Origin: Basidiobolus meristosporus CBS 931.73
Lineage: Eukaryota; Fungi; Basidiobolomycota
Direction: 5' to 3'
Assembly (NCBI GenBank): GCA_002104905.1
Contig: MCFE01000447.1
Location: 1-64,000, forward strand
DNA: 64,000 nucleotides
Positions within the stretch are counted from its first letter, which is position 1; each line of letters begins with the position of its first letter. Positions 47,601-60,700 of this stretch are shown here, piece by piece. Below the pieces are notes generated by a model, which was not told the origin of the DNA, made no database searches, and saw only the letters and a program-made list of their open reading frames with translations. Position numbers and translations under genes: made by a program.

Positions 47601-50600
47601 GTGCAACTTGATCTAATCTTGATAAGGCATCAGCAACTGTGTTGTTTTTTCCAAGGCAGTAGACAATCTCCATGTCAAGTTGCTGAATGTATTCACTCCA
47701 TCTTGTCATTCTTCTAGAGAGTACCTTCTGAGTAAATATATACTTGAGGGAGGCATGATCAGTCTTCACAGTGCATTTGACTCCTTCAATATAGCATCTC
47801 CATGTCTTCAAACAGTGTATTATAGCAAGCATCTCCTTCTCATGGACTGGATAGTTTTGTTCTGCTGAGTTCAGTTTCTTGGATTTAAAGGCAACAGGGT
47901 AGTCCTTTCCCTTGTGTTCTTGGCTCAGCACTCCACCAATTGCATAATCTGAAGCATCTGTGCACACAGTGAACTCTTTTCTGAAGTCTGGTATTCTTAA
48001 TCTTCGCAGCTTAGCAAGTTCATTCTTGAGCGTCTGGAAGGCAGTCTCACAAGCTATGTCCCACTTGTAGGAATTGTTTTTCTTGAGGATATCAGTTAAA
48101 GGGGCTGCAGTACTTGCAAATGACTTGACAAATCTCTGATAATATGAAACTATTCCAAGGAATGATCTAAGCTCTGATATGTTATGGGGCTGCTTCAAAT
48201 TCTTGATTACTTCCACCTTCTTGGGGTCTAAGGTTACTCCTGTGCTAGTCACTATGTGTCCCGGATATTCTATGTGTTCCTTGAAGAATTCACACTTGGG
48301 TAGCTGGCCATAAAGCTTGTTCTCTCTTAGCTTCTTCAAGACCTTTTCAATGTGCACCAAGTGATCCTCTTCTGTCTTGCTGTATATCACTATATCATCT
48401 AGGTAGATTGTGGCAAGCTTGTCTCAGTACTCCTGAAAGACAGTCTGCATCAGGGTCATGAAAGTTGCAGGGGCATTGGTGAGGCCAAAACTCATGACTA
48501 AGTACTTGTAATGTCCATATCTGGTCCTGAATGCTGTCTTAGGGATGTCTTCTGGCTTCACCCTAATCTGGTTGTATCCTGACATGAGGTCAATCTTGCT
48601 GAAAATAGTGGCTCCATTAAGTTGGTCCAAAAGCTCATCAATCCAAGGTATGTGGTACTTATTCTTGACGGTAACTGAGTTCAGGGCTCTGTAGTCAATG
48701 CACATCCTAAGTGTTCCATCCTTCTTTTTCACAAGAAGCACTGGTGCTCCCCTGGGTGACTTGCTGGGCCTGATGTATCCTTGCTCCAATAGCTGATCAA
48801 TTTGTCTCTTCATTTCCTCCAATTCCACTGGACTCATTCTGTAAGGTGTCTTGCTCACTGAAGGGCTATCTCCTGTGTCAGTGGCATGATCCACATCTCT
48901 GACTGGTAGTAAGCTTACAAGCTCATCTGGAAACACGTCTGAGTACTTCTTCAAGTGAGTCTGGACCTGCTGGGGTGCTGGGGTAGCAGAATCCTCCTGT
49001 AATACTGCCATGAGGAACATCTGGTTACCTTTTCTAAGCACTCTACAGAACTGGGTTTTGCTAAGTTCACTTGTCTCACACATACTGGAATTGACCAAGT
49101 TGAAATCCAGCCTGGCAGGTAATAGCTCATAGGTCTTGTTGTCTTTTTGGATCTGAGTAGCATGGGTTCTCCAGCTGATTGATGGATTACAACAAAATAG
49201 CCAGGTTTTTCCAAGTACAAGGTCAAACTTGCAGTTCCCAAATATATAAGCCTGTAGGTCTTCTTCATAGTCATTGATCTTCATTCTTACTGGCTGGGTA
49301 ATACGGTTGATTATGTGAGAGTTCCCATCAGCTGTGGAGACTGAAGTTGATTTGGTAGGTTCTGAGTTGATTCTAGCCTTCAAGGCAAATTGCTCCAACA
49401 TGTACTCATGAGATGCTCCTGAGTCAATCATGATCTTGGCAGGTACTCCATTGACTACTCCATTCAAGTACAATAACCTCCCTGAGTTTGAGGTCATTTG
49501 GGACAAGTACTCTTCTGTCATATGGAAGGTGAGTTCCAAGTCTGCTTCAAGCTCATCTTCCACATTACTGTGTTCATAGGACTCAATATGGTTGAAGGTT
49601 CTTGTTGGCTGGTGTCCATTTCTTCTCTGAGGGAAGTACTTTGCAATATGTCCTTGCTGGTGCCAATTGAAGCAAAGTCCTTTCTTCTTACATTCTTCTG
49701 AGGTTAGATTCTTTTGCATAGCATCTATTTCCATTGGTACTGCTTCTGATTGTCTTCTTTCATAATGTTTGTAGCCTCTCTGATTAATCACTGTAGGCTT
49801 CCCAACTCAAAACATAGCTGAGTCATAGTCAATGGCAATCTTGATGGCTACTTTGATAGTCTGAGGTCTTTGGTAATTCACTTCCTTGCGAGTTCTTTCT
49901 TTCAACCCATCTATAAAGTATTCAACTTGATCCAAGGGGTCCATTCTTTCAATTTGTCCAAGTAGACATCTGTACTCATAGATGTATTCTTGCACCATTC
50001 CTTTCTGTCTGAGTGTCTTTAACTCCCTTCTTAGTAGTGTCTGCTGGTGTGGAGGTTCAAAAGCATCCTGAATTTCCTACACAAACTCATCCCAGGTAGA
50101 GATTGTAGAGCATCCCATCATAGTGGCCAACCTGATCTTGTTGTGGTACCACTGTAAAGCTGCATCTGCCAGGTAAGAAGCTGCATAATGCAACTTGCTT
50201 CCTGGAGCAATTCCTTTAGCTTTAAAAGCTTCTTCAATCTGAAAGAGCCAAGTTCCCAGGATTTCATTGACTCTGCCATGGTACCGGTTGATCTTCACAC
50301 TAAAGTTGTTCTTAACAGGGCTTTGCTGGTTCTGAGCCATGGTAGTCATTCCTTGTTGCTGTTAGCTGAGGATCTGGAGTAACTGTTGCTGTTGGGCCAG
50401 GATTTGCTGCATGGCATTCTTCCATTCTTGATTGTCCAACATCTTGAGGGTGGTTCCATCTTTCTTCAGGAGGGAGGATTCTGATTGTTGCTGCTACCAA
50501 TGTTACAAGTCTTGGTATAAGAGTTGTAGAGGAATAGGGAGTTTGGCTAGTATTGTATTCACTAAAACTTGAACTGATTTTTATTGAGGTTCCAGCAGCT

Positions 50601-51471
50601 CCTTATATACATTTTGCCAGATTGATTGCTGACTAATTGTATTTCCTAATGTACGTTGTGGCTGATGACTTATTTGATTGCATCATCATCACCCAATAAG
50701 ATCTTACTTAATATATCTATTTCTGTCTGATAAGGATCTGCTGGTTCATTTGCTGACTAATGCTACTGATTTCATAGATAATACTGATATACTGATAACC
50801 TAAACATATACTAATTGATTTAACTAAAAACTGATCTAACTTAAACATTCAAGCGGCAGATCATAATACATCGACTCTACCATGGTACCAGTTGACCTGC
50901 ACACTAAAGTTGCTCTTGACAGGGTTTTGCTAGCTTTGCACCATGGCAGTCATTCCTTGTTGCTGCTGGCTAAGGATCTGAGTCACTGTTGCCGCTGGGC
51001 CAGGATTTGCTGCATAACATTCTTCCATTCTTGGTTTTTGAGCATCTTGAGGGAGGCTTCTACTTTCTTTAGGACTAAGGTTTCTGGTTATTACTGCTAC
51101 ATATGTTACAAGTCTTGGTACAAGAGTTGTAGAGGAATTGGGAGTTTAGCTAGTATTGTACTCACTGAAACTTGAACTGATTTTTATTGAGGTCCCAGCA
51201 GCTCCTTATATACATTTTGGCAGATCAACTGCTCACTAATTGTTTTTCCTAATGTAGGTTGTAACTGATGACTTGTTTGATTGCATCATCATTACCCAAT
51301 AAAATCCTACTTAATATGTATATGCCTGTCTGATAAGGATCTGCAAGTTCATTTGCTGACTAATTCTACTGATTTGGTAGATAACACTGATGTAGTGATA
51401 GGCTAAACATATCACTAATTGATTTGACTAAAGCTGGCCTAACTTAAGCATTTAAGCAGTAGATCATAACA
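44631..51471 (-). mobile_element. Older G1 copy (5' LTR 51104-51471, gag-PR-RT start), split by a younger G1
   Basis: Gag is interrupted at 46122/50869. ORFs 45340-45666 and 44980-45252. Degenerate PBS. Confidence 0.75.
46123..50868 (-). mobile_element. Full-length decayed G1 element
   Basis: LTRs 46123-46490 and 50501-50868, PBS TGGTAGCAGCA. Flanks CACT/CATC are compatible with a mutated CATT TSD. ORFs 46501-50349 have stops and an integrase deletion near 46840. Confidence 0.85.
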
Positions 51472-52014
51472 CATTCATCTGTCATTGCCTATCAACAATA
51501 TCTTGCTGGCCATATGATACTTCTATAACAGCACCTTGCTATACTTTTTGCCTTGCTCAAGCCAATTTGGGTATGGTTGTGATGCCTTTAGGCTCACCTT
51601 GGCCTTCTGAATATGGCTAGAGTAATGATAGTTCTGAAGAGAAAGGCCCGCTGATGAATTATGGCCCAATCTCCCCCAATAGTAGTACCATGTATAAGCC
51701 TGGGAAAATCCCAGTATAGAATAAGACAACAACTGTGTAAGATATTGCAATGATACTATATGAAGCCAATTGAGCCCAATTATCCATTTACTGATGAATG
51801 ATGTGATGTTGCGGCTAGAGAAAGCTGTAACTTAAGAAGTGATTTGGATGTGAGGAACTTATTAAGATATAGTGCTAATAGTTGAACTGTTCATTACTCA
51901 TAAAGAGGATTGGTATATATACCTTTGTTGAGGCAATGCAGCTGTAACACTAATTAAGGAGGGCTTCCCAACATTCAGGAGTATTCTGTAACAGTTTCAG
52001 GGTTACTACATGAT

Positions 52015-52748
52015 AGACTTGTTCCATTGGATAGTGCCACATTGAGCCATGAGTGCCAAATGATACCATAGTGTGCCAGAGAGGTAAAGTGAGCCTATAC
52101 TTGGCCACAGAGTGTGAAACATAGCTCTGCATCTTCACATAAAGCAGCCCCTGTGTTTCACCCATTGCGCAGGAGAAAATCCATTTTTTGACCTTTTTTT
52201 GTGGATGAATGTAGCTCAGGATGTGTAAGAGCACAGGAGAACTGAAGACATGCATCTGGTACTCAATACCCATGGCACTCGGAATCTAGCCCCTGTGCCT
52301 TGTATCATGTCACAAAAATGAATGGCACTATCTTGGTCCACTGGTACTATCTGGCACTATATTTAAATATTAACCCTAAAGTAAGATCTATACAAAGCAC
52401 TTATAGTGCCAGATAGTGCCAGTGGACCAAGATAGTGCCATCCATTTTTGTGACATGATACAAGCTACAGGAGCTAGATTCAGAGTGCCATGGGTATTGA
52501 GTACCAGATGCATATCTTCAATCTGCTTGTGCTCTAACACATCCTGCACAACATTGATTCAAAAAAAAAGGTCAAAAAATGGATTTTCTCCAACACAATG
52601 GGTGAAACACAGGGGCTGCTTTGCATGAAGATGCAGAGCTATGTTTCACACTCTGTGGCCAAGTATAGGCTCACTTTACCTCTCTGGCACACTATGGCAT
52701 CATTTGGCACTTATGACTCAATGTGGCACTATCCAACGGAACAGGTCT
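52015..52748. mobile_element. Non-autonomous foldback/MITE of the PHIS family (734 bp)
   Basis: Inverted arms 52015-52361 and 52402-52748 around a 40-bp spacer. Ends AGACTTGTTCC..GGAACAGGTCT, flanks GAT/AAT. Confidence 0.88.
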
Positions 52749-52779
52749 AATGTTTGGTAAAAAGTGTTAATTTGAACTT

Positions 52780-52929
52780 CACTATAGGGGAATCATTATA
52801 GGATCATGGACATGAAAAAACTGGCAAATTTGGGGCTGCAAATTAGTCCTACAGTGCTCAAGACTAGTCTAGATTGGTTAAGTAAATTTTTAGCTGCTGA
52901 ATGATAACAAATAGTTCAATATTTCAGCA
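52780..52929 (-). repeat. Partial, diverged copia B-like LTR
   Basis: Reverse complement resembles the first ~150 nt of 22684-23052. Confidence 0.65.
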
Positions 52930-53089
52930 GAGAAGTGGCACACTGCTACCAATATCAGTAATGGGGGCTGTGAGAAATTACTGCTACTCCTTGCCAAGTT
53001 CATTTGGGCATTTAGCTTGTCATGTACCTGATACAAATGTAGGACTAATACGCTGCTGGCAACATATGGCCTAGTAATTATTCTAATAC

Positions 53090-54520
53090 CAGCCTGTGTT
53101 ACCTGTTGCATGGCATTCATATCAAAAAATGCCACAATTGCTAGGTGTCTAACTTGTCAGGAAGTCACTATTGCAGGAAGTAACATTGTGCACACTGTGT
53201 ATGCATCCAAGTAGTAGTTTGTCTAAAAAATTTATGCAGTCTGACAAATGTGGTGAAGCACTCAGGTTTCACACTCAGTTTCAAGTAAGCACCAACATTT
53301 CCAATGTATTTGATGGTAAGCATTGTAAAAAGCTAAGAAACCAAGGCTACCTTGAACACATGTGAGACCATACCTTTGCTTAGCATACGATGGTTTCTCA
53401 CTGAACAAGTACTCTGCTTGCAAACCCTGCTGCCTACTGCCTCTTATCAACTAAAAACTGCTGCCAACTCTTCAGTATTATGGTATAAATCTGGTGGAAG
53501 TCTCACTGATTGCTTGCTCCAAATCTCTATCCAATCTGAGTAAATACCTGTATCAACTGCTGGATGAGTTCTATGTGCTATCTATCAGGATACTGGTTAT
53601 TGATTATCATGATAATGCATATCTTTATCTGTGCTGGAGACACCCCAGCTATCAGCAAGATAGACAGCTATTCTGGGTGCACTGAACAGTATTATTGTTG
53701 AGTGCGTGATTTCCAGGGAACTTACTCAATAACTGGCGCACATTGCCATTATCCAGGAACCAACACTAAATACATCATCTTCTCACAGAGAGAATGTACA
53801 GAAGTCAGCATGCAAATTCAGCAAAACTGGCAAGCCATATTCTATTGGCTAGATTATGATATTAGTCAATAAGTGGCAATTCCCCAGATAGAGGGAATAT
53901 GTAGGAGCAAAAGCGTCCCACTGGAAGCAGTGCATTTGCTCTTTAGTAATACCCCTATAGTAATTGTCAATTTGTATATGGGGCACTTTGTGCTAATTGA
54001 GTCTGTTAAGATACTGGAGAAACTTGAGAGAATTGCATAACATTATAGAGTTTATGTTACCCAAAGTTCTTGTCACAAGCTACAATGAATATTAGCGCAC
54101 ATATGCTACAATACAAATGAAAGAAATGGATGGACTGGATATATATTTATTCAAGTGACCTTTGAGAAGGTTTTACCCAGAGTGCATTGGAAGTAATGGA
54201 AGTCACATGTTTGCAATGTAGGAATCCTTATCCAGAAGTAGATCACCAATGCCCACTTGATCCATCTTCAGCTTCAATGCAAGAAGTTTGTGTTGGAATA
54301 TCAGTGGTTAAATTTTAAGCACAGAGCTGTACAGGTGAATCTTTGCTGCTATTATATCTGTTCTCTGCTCCATCTTGCCTGGCATGGGGAAAATGTTGGA
54401 CCTTGCTTCACCTTTGGAGATTTTGCTATAGTGCAGATGTAAGGGGAAATAAGAAGACAATTCAAGTTGCAAGTATAACCATATACAAATCTCATTAAGA
54501 ATATCACCCTCACATCTGTC
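53090..54520 (+). pseudogene. Decayed CACTA/EnSpm (CMC)-type transposase
   Basis: Across frames: NVFDGKHCKKL, LAYDGF (53386), YLYQLLDEF, AGDTPAISK (53633), EAVHLLF, LLHLA..VGP (54365-54403). Order and spacing match Tnp2/Transposase_21 and DUF4218. No termini found. Confidence 0.65.
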
Positions 54521-55539
54521 AGGGGTGTGATAAGCTGGCATAAGAATGTCATCCAGTAAGAGTTGGAGAGTACAGAGAATTGCTGTGCACATGGCGACAC
54601 CTATGCCTTGGAATTAAGAAGCTAAGTGGCCCCAATGCATGGATATTCAGTTACATAACTCAAAGAAGTGTAGAAGCAATATGATACCAGTTCTATTATA
54701 ATACATTTACTAGTATATGCTAGGTTTCCCCTTGTTACCAGCTGATTTTTACGCCATTCAGTTTGAAACTCATACAAATAAAACCAGAGCATACATATAC
54801 AGAGGACTAGAATCCAGCAGGGAAAAGGATAATACTGGTCAAGTACCCAGAAGTATATTGCAGATATCCAAGAGGTATATATAACAAAAGTAGTGGTAAC
54901 TGGGCATATGTTTGCAGGATCTATTTGCCATCATTAATATAAGGTATAAGATAACTTTGCAAATATCACACTACAATGCTGCAAGGTTGACATGATACAT
55001 GAGTGGCAAATACAGCATGTATGCATGTGTGTAGAGGTGAGTAAGTAGTGGGCCATAGTTTACTTTGATTCAAACTCTATATGGACTATCAGTGGTAGTA
55101 ATGGATAAATAAATAAATTGGAGTTATTCTACAATGGTATTTATGAATGGTACAAGGGGAGGTGGCAAAAGGGAATATATTATTTTTGGTAAACTGGTAA
55201 GGTACCATTATATGGTGCTAGCAGGAGGCCACCTCACTGTCTTTATAATGCCATCAAATGTCTGCATCAAGGCAGTTGAAATAATGTTAGGCTTACTTCA
55301 TATATGGCATTTGCATGCACTGGTTGAATAGGTCTACTCAAAAAAGTGTAGGTTGCAATATAATCTTCAAGATACCATTGAAATCCAATTAAGAGCTATC
55401 TAAACACCATCACACCCCCATCATAACATTGTAAACAGGGTTAACAATCCAAGCTGCTAGCATTATGATGGACTCATTACATGATCCTGACAGCAGATCT
55501 AGATTAGATCCACCTGTGGATCAAATTAATTCTCATAGG

Positions 55540-55680
55540 GACAGTAAAGGAGCAATTATATAAAATTCAGGAAAGCAATCAATGGTAGCACTCTCTACCA
55601 TATAGGCGCATTATAAGGCAGCCTGTGAAGCCACAGAAGAAGAAATGTGGCTAGGAAAGCTTTTCAAGCACCTGGACTGA
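55540..55680 (+). pseudogene. Copia RNase H fragment
   Basis: Similar to 7010-7140 (AACEATEEEMWL). Confidence 0.55.
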
Positions 55681-55779
55681 AGGAGTTGCCCTAGCAAGTA
55701 AGCTGCATTAACCATCATCTATTTTGGCGGATCCAGTCCTATAGTGGTACCCCCAACAGGATCAGGTCAGCCCATATGA

Positions 55780-56185
55780 TGGGATGCTCAACTATCGCTA
55801 CCAGGGATGAGTTTGTGCTGAGAATTCAGGATGCTTTTGAACCTTCACACCAGCAGACACTACTGAGGTGGAGGCTGAAGACACTCAGACAGAAAGGAAT
55901 GGTTTAAGCATATTTCTGGGAGTATAGATGCTTACTAGGGCAGATTTTAAGAATGGACCCCCTTAATCAAGTTGAATACCTTACAGATGGGTGAAGGAGA
56001 GAACTTATAAGGAAGTGAACTTTCAAAGACCCCAGACTATTGAAGAAGCCATCAAGCTTGCAATTGATAATTAACAGGCAATAGTTGGAGCTAAGAGGCC
56101 TACAGTAACTAACCAGAAAGCACTTAATCACCATCAAAGAAGATAATTGGAAGCAGTGCCAATAAATATAGACACTATGCAGAGG
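55780..56185 (+). pseudogene. Gypsy G1-like gag fragment
   Basis: Similar to 38530-38940 ([25 protein letters not shown]). Confidence 0.7.
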
Positions 56186-58515
56186 AAAGCAGCTCTAAGA
56201 GTCTTGGAATTACTAGAAGTGATTGGGAGAATCAGTAGATTATGGAGTCTTTACTTGACAGTTTGCCAAATGTAAAAGTAGTATTTACTTGACATGGTCA
56301 TTGCATAACAAACATGTAGAATAGAACAAGGATGGTCCCAAGAGCATGAGTTCAGGCCTGGGCGGTTTGGACTACTTTGAGAATTTTCAAGTTCTGGGTA
56401 TCTGACATAAAGGTGAAAATATTCCAAGCATATCCTGGCAAGAAGTTTGGTCAGTATTCTTTAAGATTTGTAGGTAATGATCTAAGTGACCAGCCTAGGG
56501 GAATATTTTGGTAGAGTAAAAAATCATAGAACACCCCCTCTTGAATAAATGCTCATACTGAATGGCCCTAACTTTGACCTAAGATATTCAAATCTGTCTC
56601 TAGCTGATAGTTTGGTAATATGTTTACAATCATTCCATCTGTAGGACAGTAAATTAAGCTATTTATACTATTCTTGATAGTTTCTTGTGTGAAACATTGT
56701 CATAATATATGTGCTCAGCTCTAGCATGAGAAGTTGGATTTCTACTTAATTTTATGCATTGTTGAATATCTTGATATAAAGTAACAAATGTCTTTTTGAC
56801 ATAGTCCAAGTATCTGAAAAGCTGCCTTAGCCACGCTGCTTCTTTTGTAGCTTCACAGGCTGTCATTTACTTAGCAACTGTGATGGAAAGTGTTACAGCT
56901 GGTTGCTGTCTTGAATTTTGATGAAATGCTCCTTTACAGTAAAAAAAGGTGTATGAAGTAGTTGATGCTCTATTATCTAAGCTTTGTTCCCAATCTGCAT
57001 AGAATTATCCTGTAATATCCTGCTCTATTTTCTTACAGGGGCACCCTAAGCTGATATTAGTAGCTCTAATTAGGTTTTCAAAAAAACTGCTTCACTACTG
57101 CAATATGATCTGATCTATAGTTCTGAATTTATTGACTGACAGCTCCCACTGACTATGCAGTATTGGGTTGTGTTTCAAGCATGATATGCATCAGACTGCT
57201 GACCATAGATTTGTAGGAAAAGACAGGGCTTTTTCATAGCATCAGGCTCTCTTTATTGGGTTGAGCTCTCAATGAGTCAAGATTTATTTACATTGGGGTA
57301 GCTGCTGGTGTACAGTCTTCCACTTGATACTTCTTTAGTATATCTTGAGTATACTTGGACAGCCATACAGTCATAGTCTTTGTACTTCTGTTCATAAGGA
57401 GTTTATGCCTAAACAGTAAATGAGTTCTCCCAGGTTGGACATCCTGGGTTCTTTAGATATGTAGGATTTAGTCTCTTCCACAGCTTCTTAGTTGTTGGTG
57501 ACTCTAATGAGATTTACATAAGGAGCTAATAAGACTGGACTTGCCTGGCTGGCTTATAGGAGATACTTCAGTCAGCAGTTCTCTTTGGAAACCCAATTAA
57601 TCAAAATAAGAATCTATCTTGCAATTCTAGCCTTGTGGAAATTATTTCAGACTATAAAGAGACTTTTTAAGATTGCAGACCTAATGGGGGTTATCTTGTT
57701 AAGAAAACCCATTAGGCTGGCCCATGAGCATGTGCTCATTAGGTTTTTCATTCAAGATGCAGTCTTTACATCAGCTTGATGAATAGAAGCCTACATTTGA
57801 CAGCTATTGTGGTGAATAGACACAAGGCAGGAGAGTAGGGCTAGGCAAGGCAGGACCAGGAAAGAACTTAGGTGTGGATCAACAAGTCAAGGCAGATTTC
57901 CAAGGCAAGGCTGTTTATTCAAGACCTGTGTTTATCAGACTGAGGAATACTTAAGGGGGGATAGGACTATATACTTTTTGGTTATACTGATGCCAAGAGA
58001 TATTAGCTAATACTAATGGGGTTGTGGGGTGAGGCACAGCAGCAGTGCTGGGGATAATAATATAGAAGGCAGGCACTGAGACAGGATGGGCAAATGGATT
58101 GGGTCACCTGATCATGTGACTAAGTCATGTGACCTGGTATTTCTATAAATGGTACTGGACTATGAAAAATACAATGGGAAGCTTCCATGGAATGTTCCAT
58201 TGAGTAAAAATGAATTTGGAATGGTTGGGAACTTTCTGGAAGGTGGTACAAGGTTCCAGAAGGAATCTCTTAGAAATTGAGCTAGGAAGCTGAAACTTGG
58301 CATGGGTATTCATGGTTGTCATGTGATCATGACAAATAGAGTGCTTTGGGACAAACGCTTGGTTAATGAAACAGGATGAAGCACCAGAATCAATCAGGGC
58401 TAGGACTGGGACATGACTGGAGTCAGGGATCTGGATTTTGACAGGCATTCTCAAGGACTGGATAGATTTTGTGGCAAAAGAAAGACTCTTGGATATGCTG
58501 GATTTGCATGGGTGG

Positions 58516-58560
58516 GTCCAGTTGCAAGCCTGTCAGTACAACTGGACATTGGAGTTTCCC
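58516..58560 (-). promoter_or_regulatory. Putative -1 ribosomal frameshift signal
   Basis: G GGA AAC in the gag frame (58554-58560), 6-nt spacer, perfect 9-bp stem GTCCAGTTG/CAACTGGAC. Confidence 0.75.
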
Positions 58561-60700
58561 AACATATCTGAATCAGGTTGGCTACTGGAGAACTGCATCA
58601 GCTTGAAGCTGGACTTCTTGTTGAGGCAGGACTTGGCAAAATGACCTGGTTGGCCACAGTATAGACAGAGGTTGGCTTTTTGATGTCTGGACTTTTCACT
58701 CTTTGATAGTTTCTTGTAGTTGGCACTATCAATATGCATAGGATCTTCTGGAGTGACTTGGGGAGCAGGAGGGGCTGGGACTGCTACAGGAATGTGTCTT
58801 TGACGGTTTTTTTGCCTCTTCTGGAGTAGTCTGTTATCACACCAGATTGCTTGGTGCATAGCTTCAACCATTGTATCTGGATTTGGGAGTGTGAGTAGCA
58901 GATCATAAACTTCATCATTGAGGCCATCTTGGAATTGGCTAATCAAGGCTGCTTGACCCCAGGAGCTGAGGTCACTGGACAGTTGTTGGAATTCTGAGGC
59001 ATAGACTGATGCTGTTTTGTTCCCTTGTTTGAGGGTCTTGATCTTGTTGGCAGCAGTTTTGGCTTTGTCAAGGTTACCAAATGTTAGCTCCATTTCAGTA
59101 AGAAAGGCTTGGTAGTCTCTGAGTAGGGGAGAGTTGGTCTCTACTAATGGGGAAAACCACTTGAGAGCTGTACCAGTAAGCAGGCTGGAGATGAAGCCAA
59201 CTTTGGCCTGGTCAGTGGAGTACCAGTTGGGCTGGAGTGCAAGATTGTTCTTCACCATGTTGATGAAGCAACAGAATTCATTCTGAGAGCCATTGAACTT
59301 GGTAGCAGGAGTACACTTGGGTTCTTGGTTGACCAGGACATGGCTAGTTTGCTGGACACTTTGGTTCCAAAACTGAGCAAGAGTGTTTCTGTTGTGTTGC
59401 ATTGTGATTAGTTTGGGGCTTGTTCTACAATGTAGAGGCTAATCACCAATATTCAACAACTTCCAGTATGCTAATACTGAAATAGCTTATTGGGAGTTGG
59501 ATATACCAATAGAAGATATAACTTTCATCAATTTCCTCAATCTTGGGCTCAAAATGTACTGTAGGCAGTGTTTATCACTTCTACAGCAGTGTTCTGACCT
59601 TCTGTCAACTAATGGGCTTACTTACTTTTATAGTGACTTTTCCTTATTTGGAAGTCACTTTCCTTTCCAAGCAAATATTTCCTAATATGTAAATACTGAC
59701 CTCCCCTTTAACCCAAAGGGGTGTATTGTAAAAGTCTCTAAAGGGGTCTTTAGACCTAAAGGGGTGTCTTTAGAGTAAAGGGGCTTCTTGTAGTGGTCTC
59801 TGAAGTGGACTTTAAAATAAAGGGGTGCCTAAAGGGGCTTCTTTAGAGTAAAGGGGTTTCTTAAAGGGGTTGCTAAAGGGGTCTTTGGACTAAAGGGGTG
59901 TGTAAAGGGGTGTCATTAGAGTAAAGGGGTTTCTTAGAGGGGACTTTTCCAACAGAAAAGTGGTAGTTTCTTGTAGAACTTAGATTGGATTCTTGTGAGC
60001 TTTACAGTCTCTTTACTGATGTAGTACCAATCAAAGTCAGAATACTCAACAGTGCAAGTGATTCAGGGGAAGTCTTATAACCTTTAAGCTTGTAATTGTA
60101 GTGTGGAGATTCTGGAAAGAGTGGCTCCCCTTTATTCTTCAGCTGGGGAAGTCATCTATGTGAAAATTTTGAAGGATCAAAGTTTTTGGGCAATTGCGCA
60201 AGTAATCCACGTGATACAAAACTAAAATGTTGCAGTGGCGTAGATCAGACATAGGCGCAGCACCTGCAAAAATATCACGTGCTTTAATTGGCTGGTTCAA
60301 GAGGTACATGCAATTAAAGTCACCATAGTATTCCTAGCAATAAGGCATAGTATATATAATAATTGGACTCTTTTGGTCATAACTCCTTAAGTACTGCTTC
60401 AAATGAGCTGTAATTTGAAACATGTGTTGGCTACTATGTGTTCTGTATGACACAATATACCTGGATTGATTGCTTGTCAGGGTCTGGAGCATTTGTTCTT
60501 CAAAGTTGGAAATTCTTGATCTTTCACTTGTGTGTTACAATAGCAAAAAGCAAAATAAAGAATTGAGTGCAATATTGGTTTTGGAGATATTATAGTTATG
60601 GAATACTTTTCATTACCACATTTCTGAGGTCTGCATGGTCTTGCTGCAGTTGGGTAAAGGCAGCCATGAGCTGAGCAAAGCTCAGCTGTAGGTTGGACAT
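58533..60700 (-). pseudogene. gag: PEG10/sushi-like gag interrupted by a solo LTR
   Basis: ATG 60700 (MSNLQLSFAQ..DLR) joins NTLAQ.. once 59390-60620 and one TSD copy are removed, giving 310 aa with KFNG..F, LLTGTALKW, PEDPMHID and CLYCGQPGHFAKSC. Confidence 0.85.
59390..60620 (-). repeat. Solo LTR family D (1231 bp)
   Basis: Perfect 4-bp TSD TTTC at 59386-59389 and 60621-60624. Homologous to 7847-8942 with a longer repeat array. Confidence 0.88.

Noticed and set aside
54600-55530. Possible host gene in the unassigned AT-rich interval
   Set aside because: Only short ORFs without motifs or a convincing exon chain. Left unannotated.
59390-59402. ATG 59402 as the start of the 289-aa gag ORF
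   Set aside because: The first codons come from the inserted solo LTR. The native start is 60700.
59700-59945. Short repeats with variable spacers resembling a CRISPR array or telomere seed
   Set aside because: Units are about 8 nt with irregular short spacers, lie inside a TSD-flanked LTR, and no cas genes are present.
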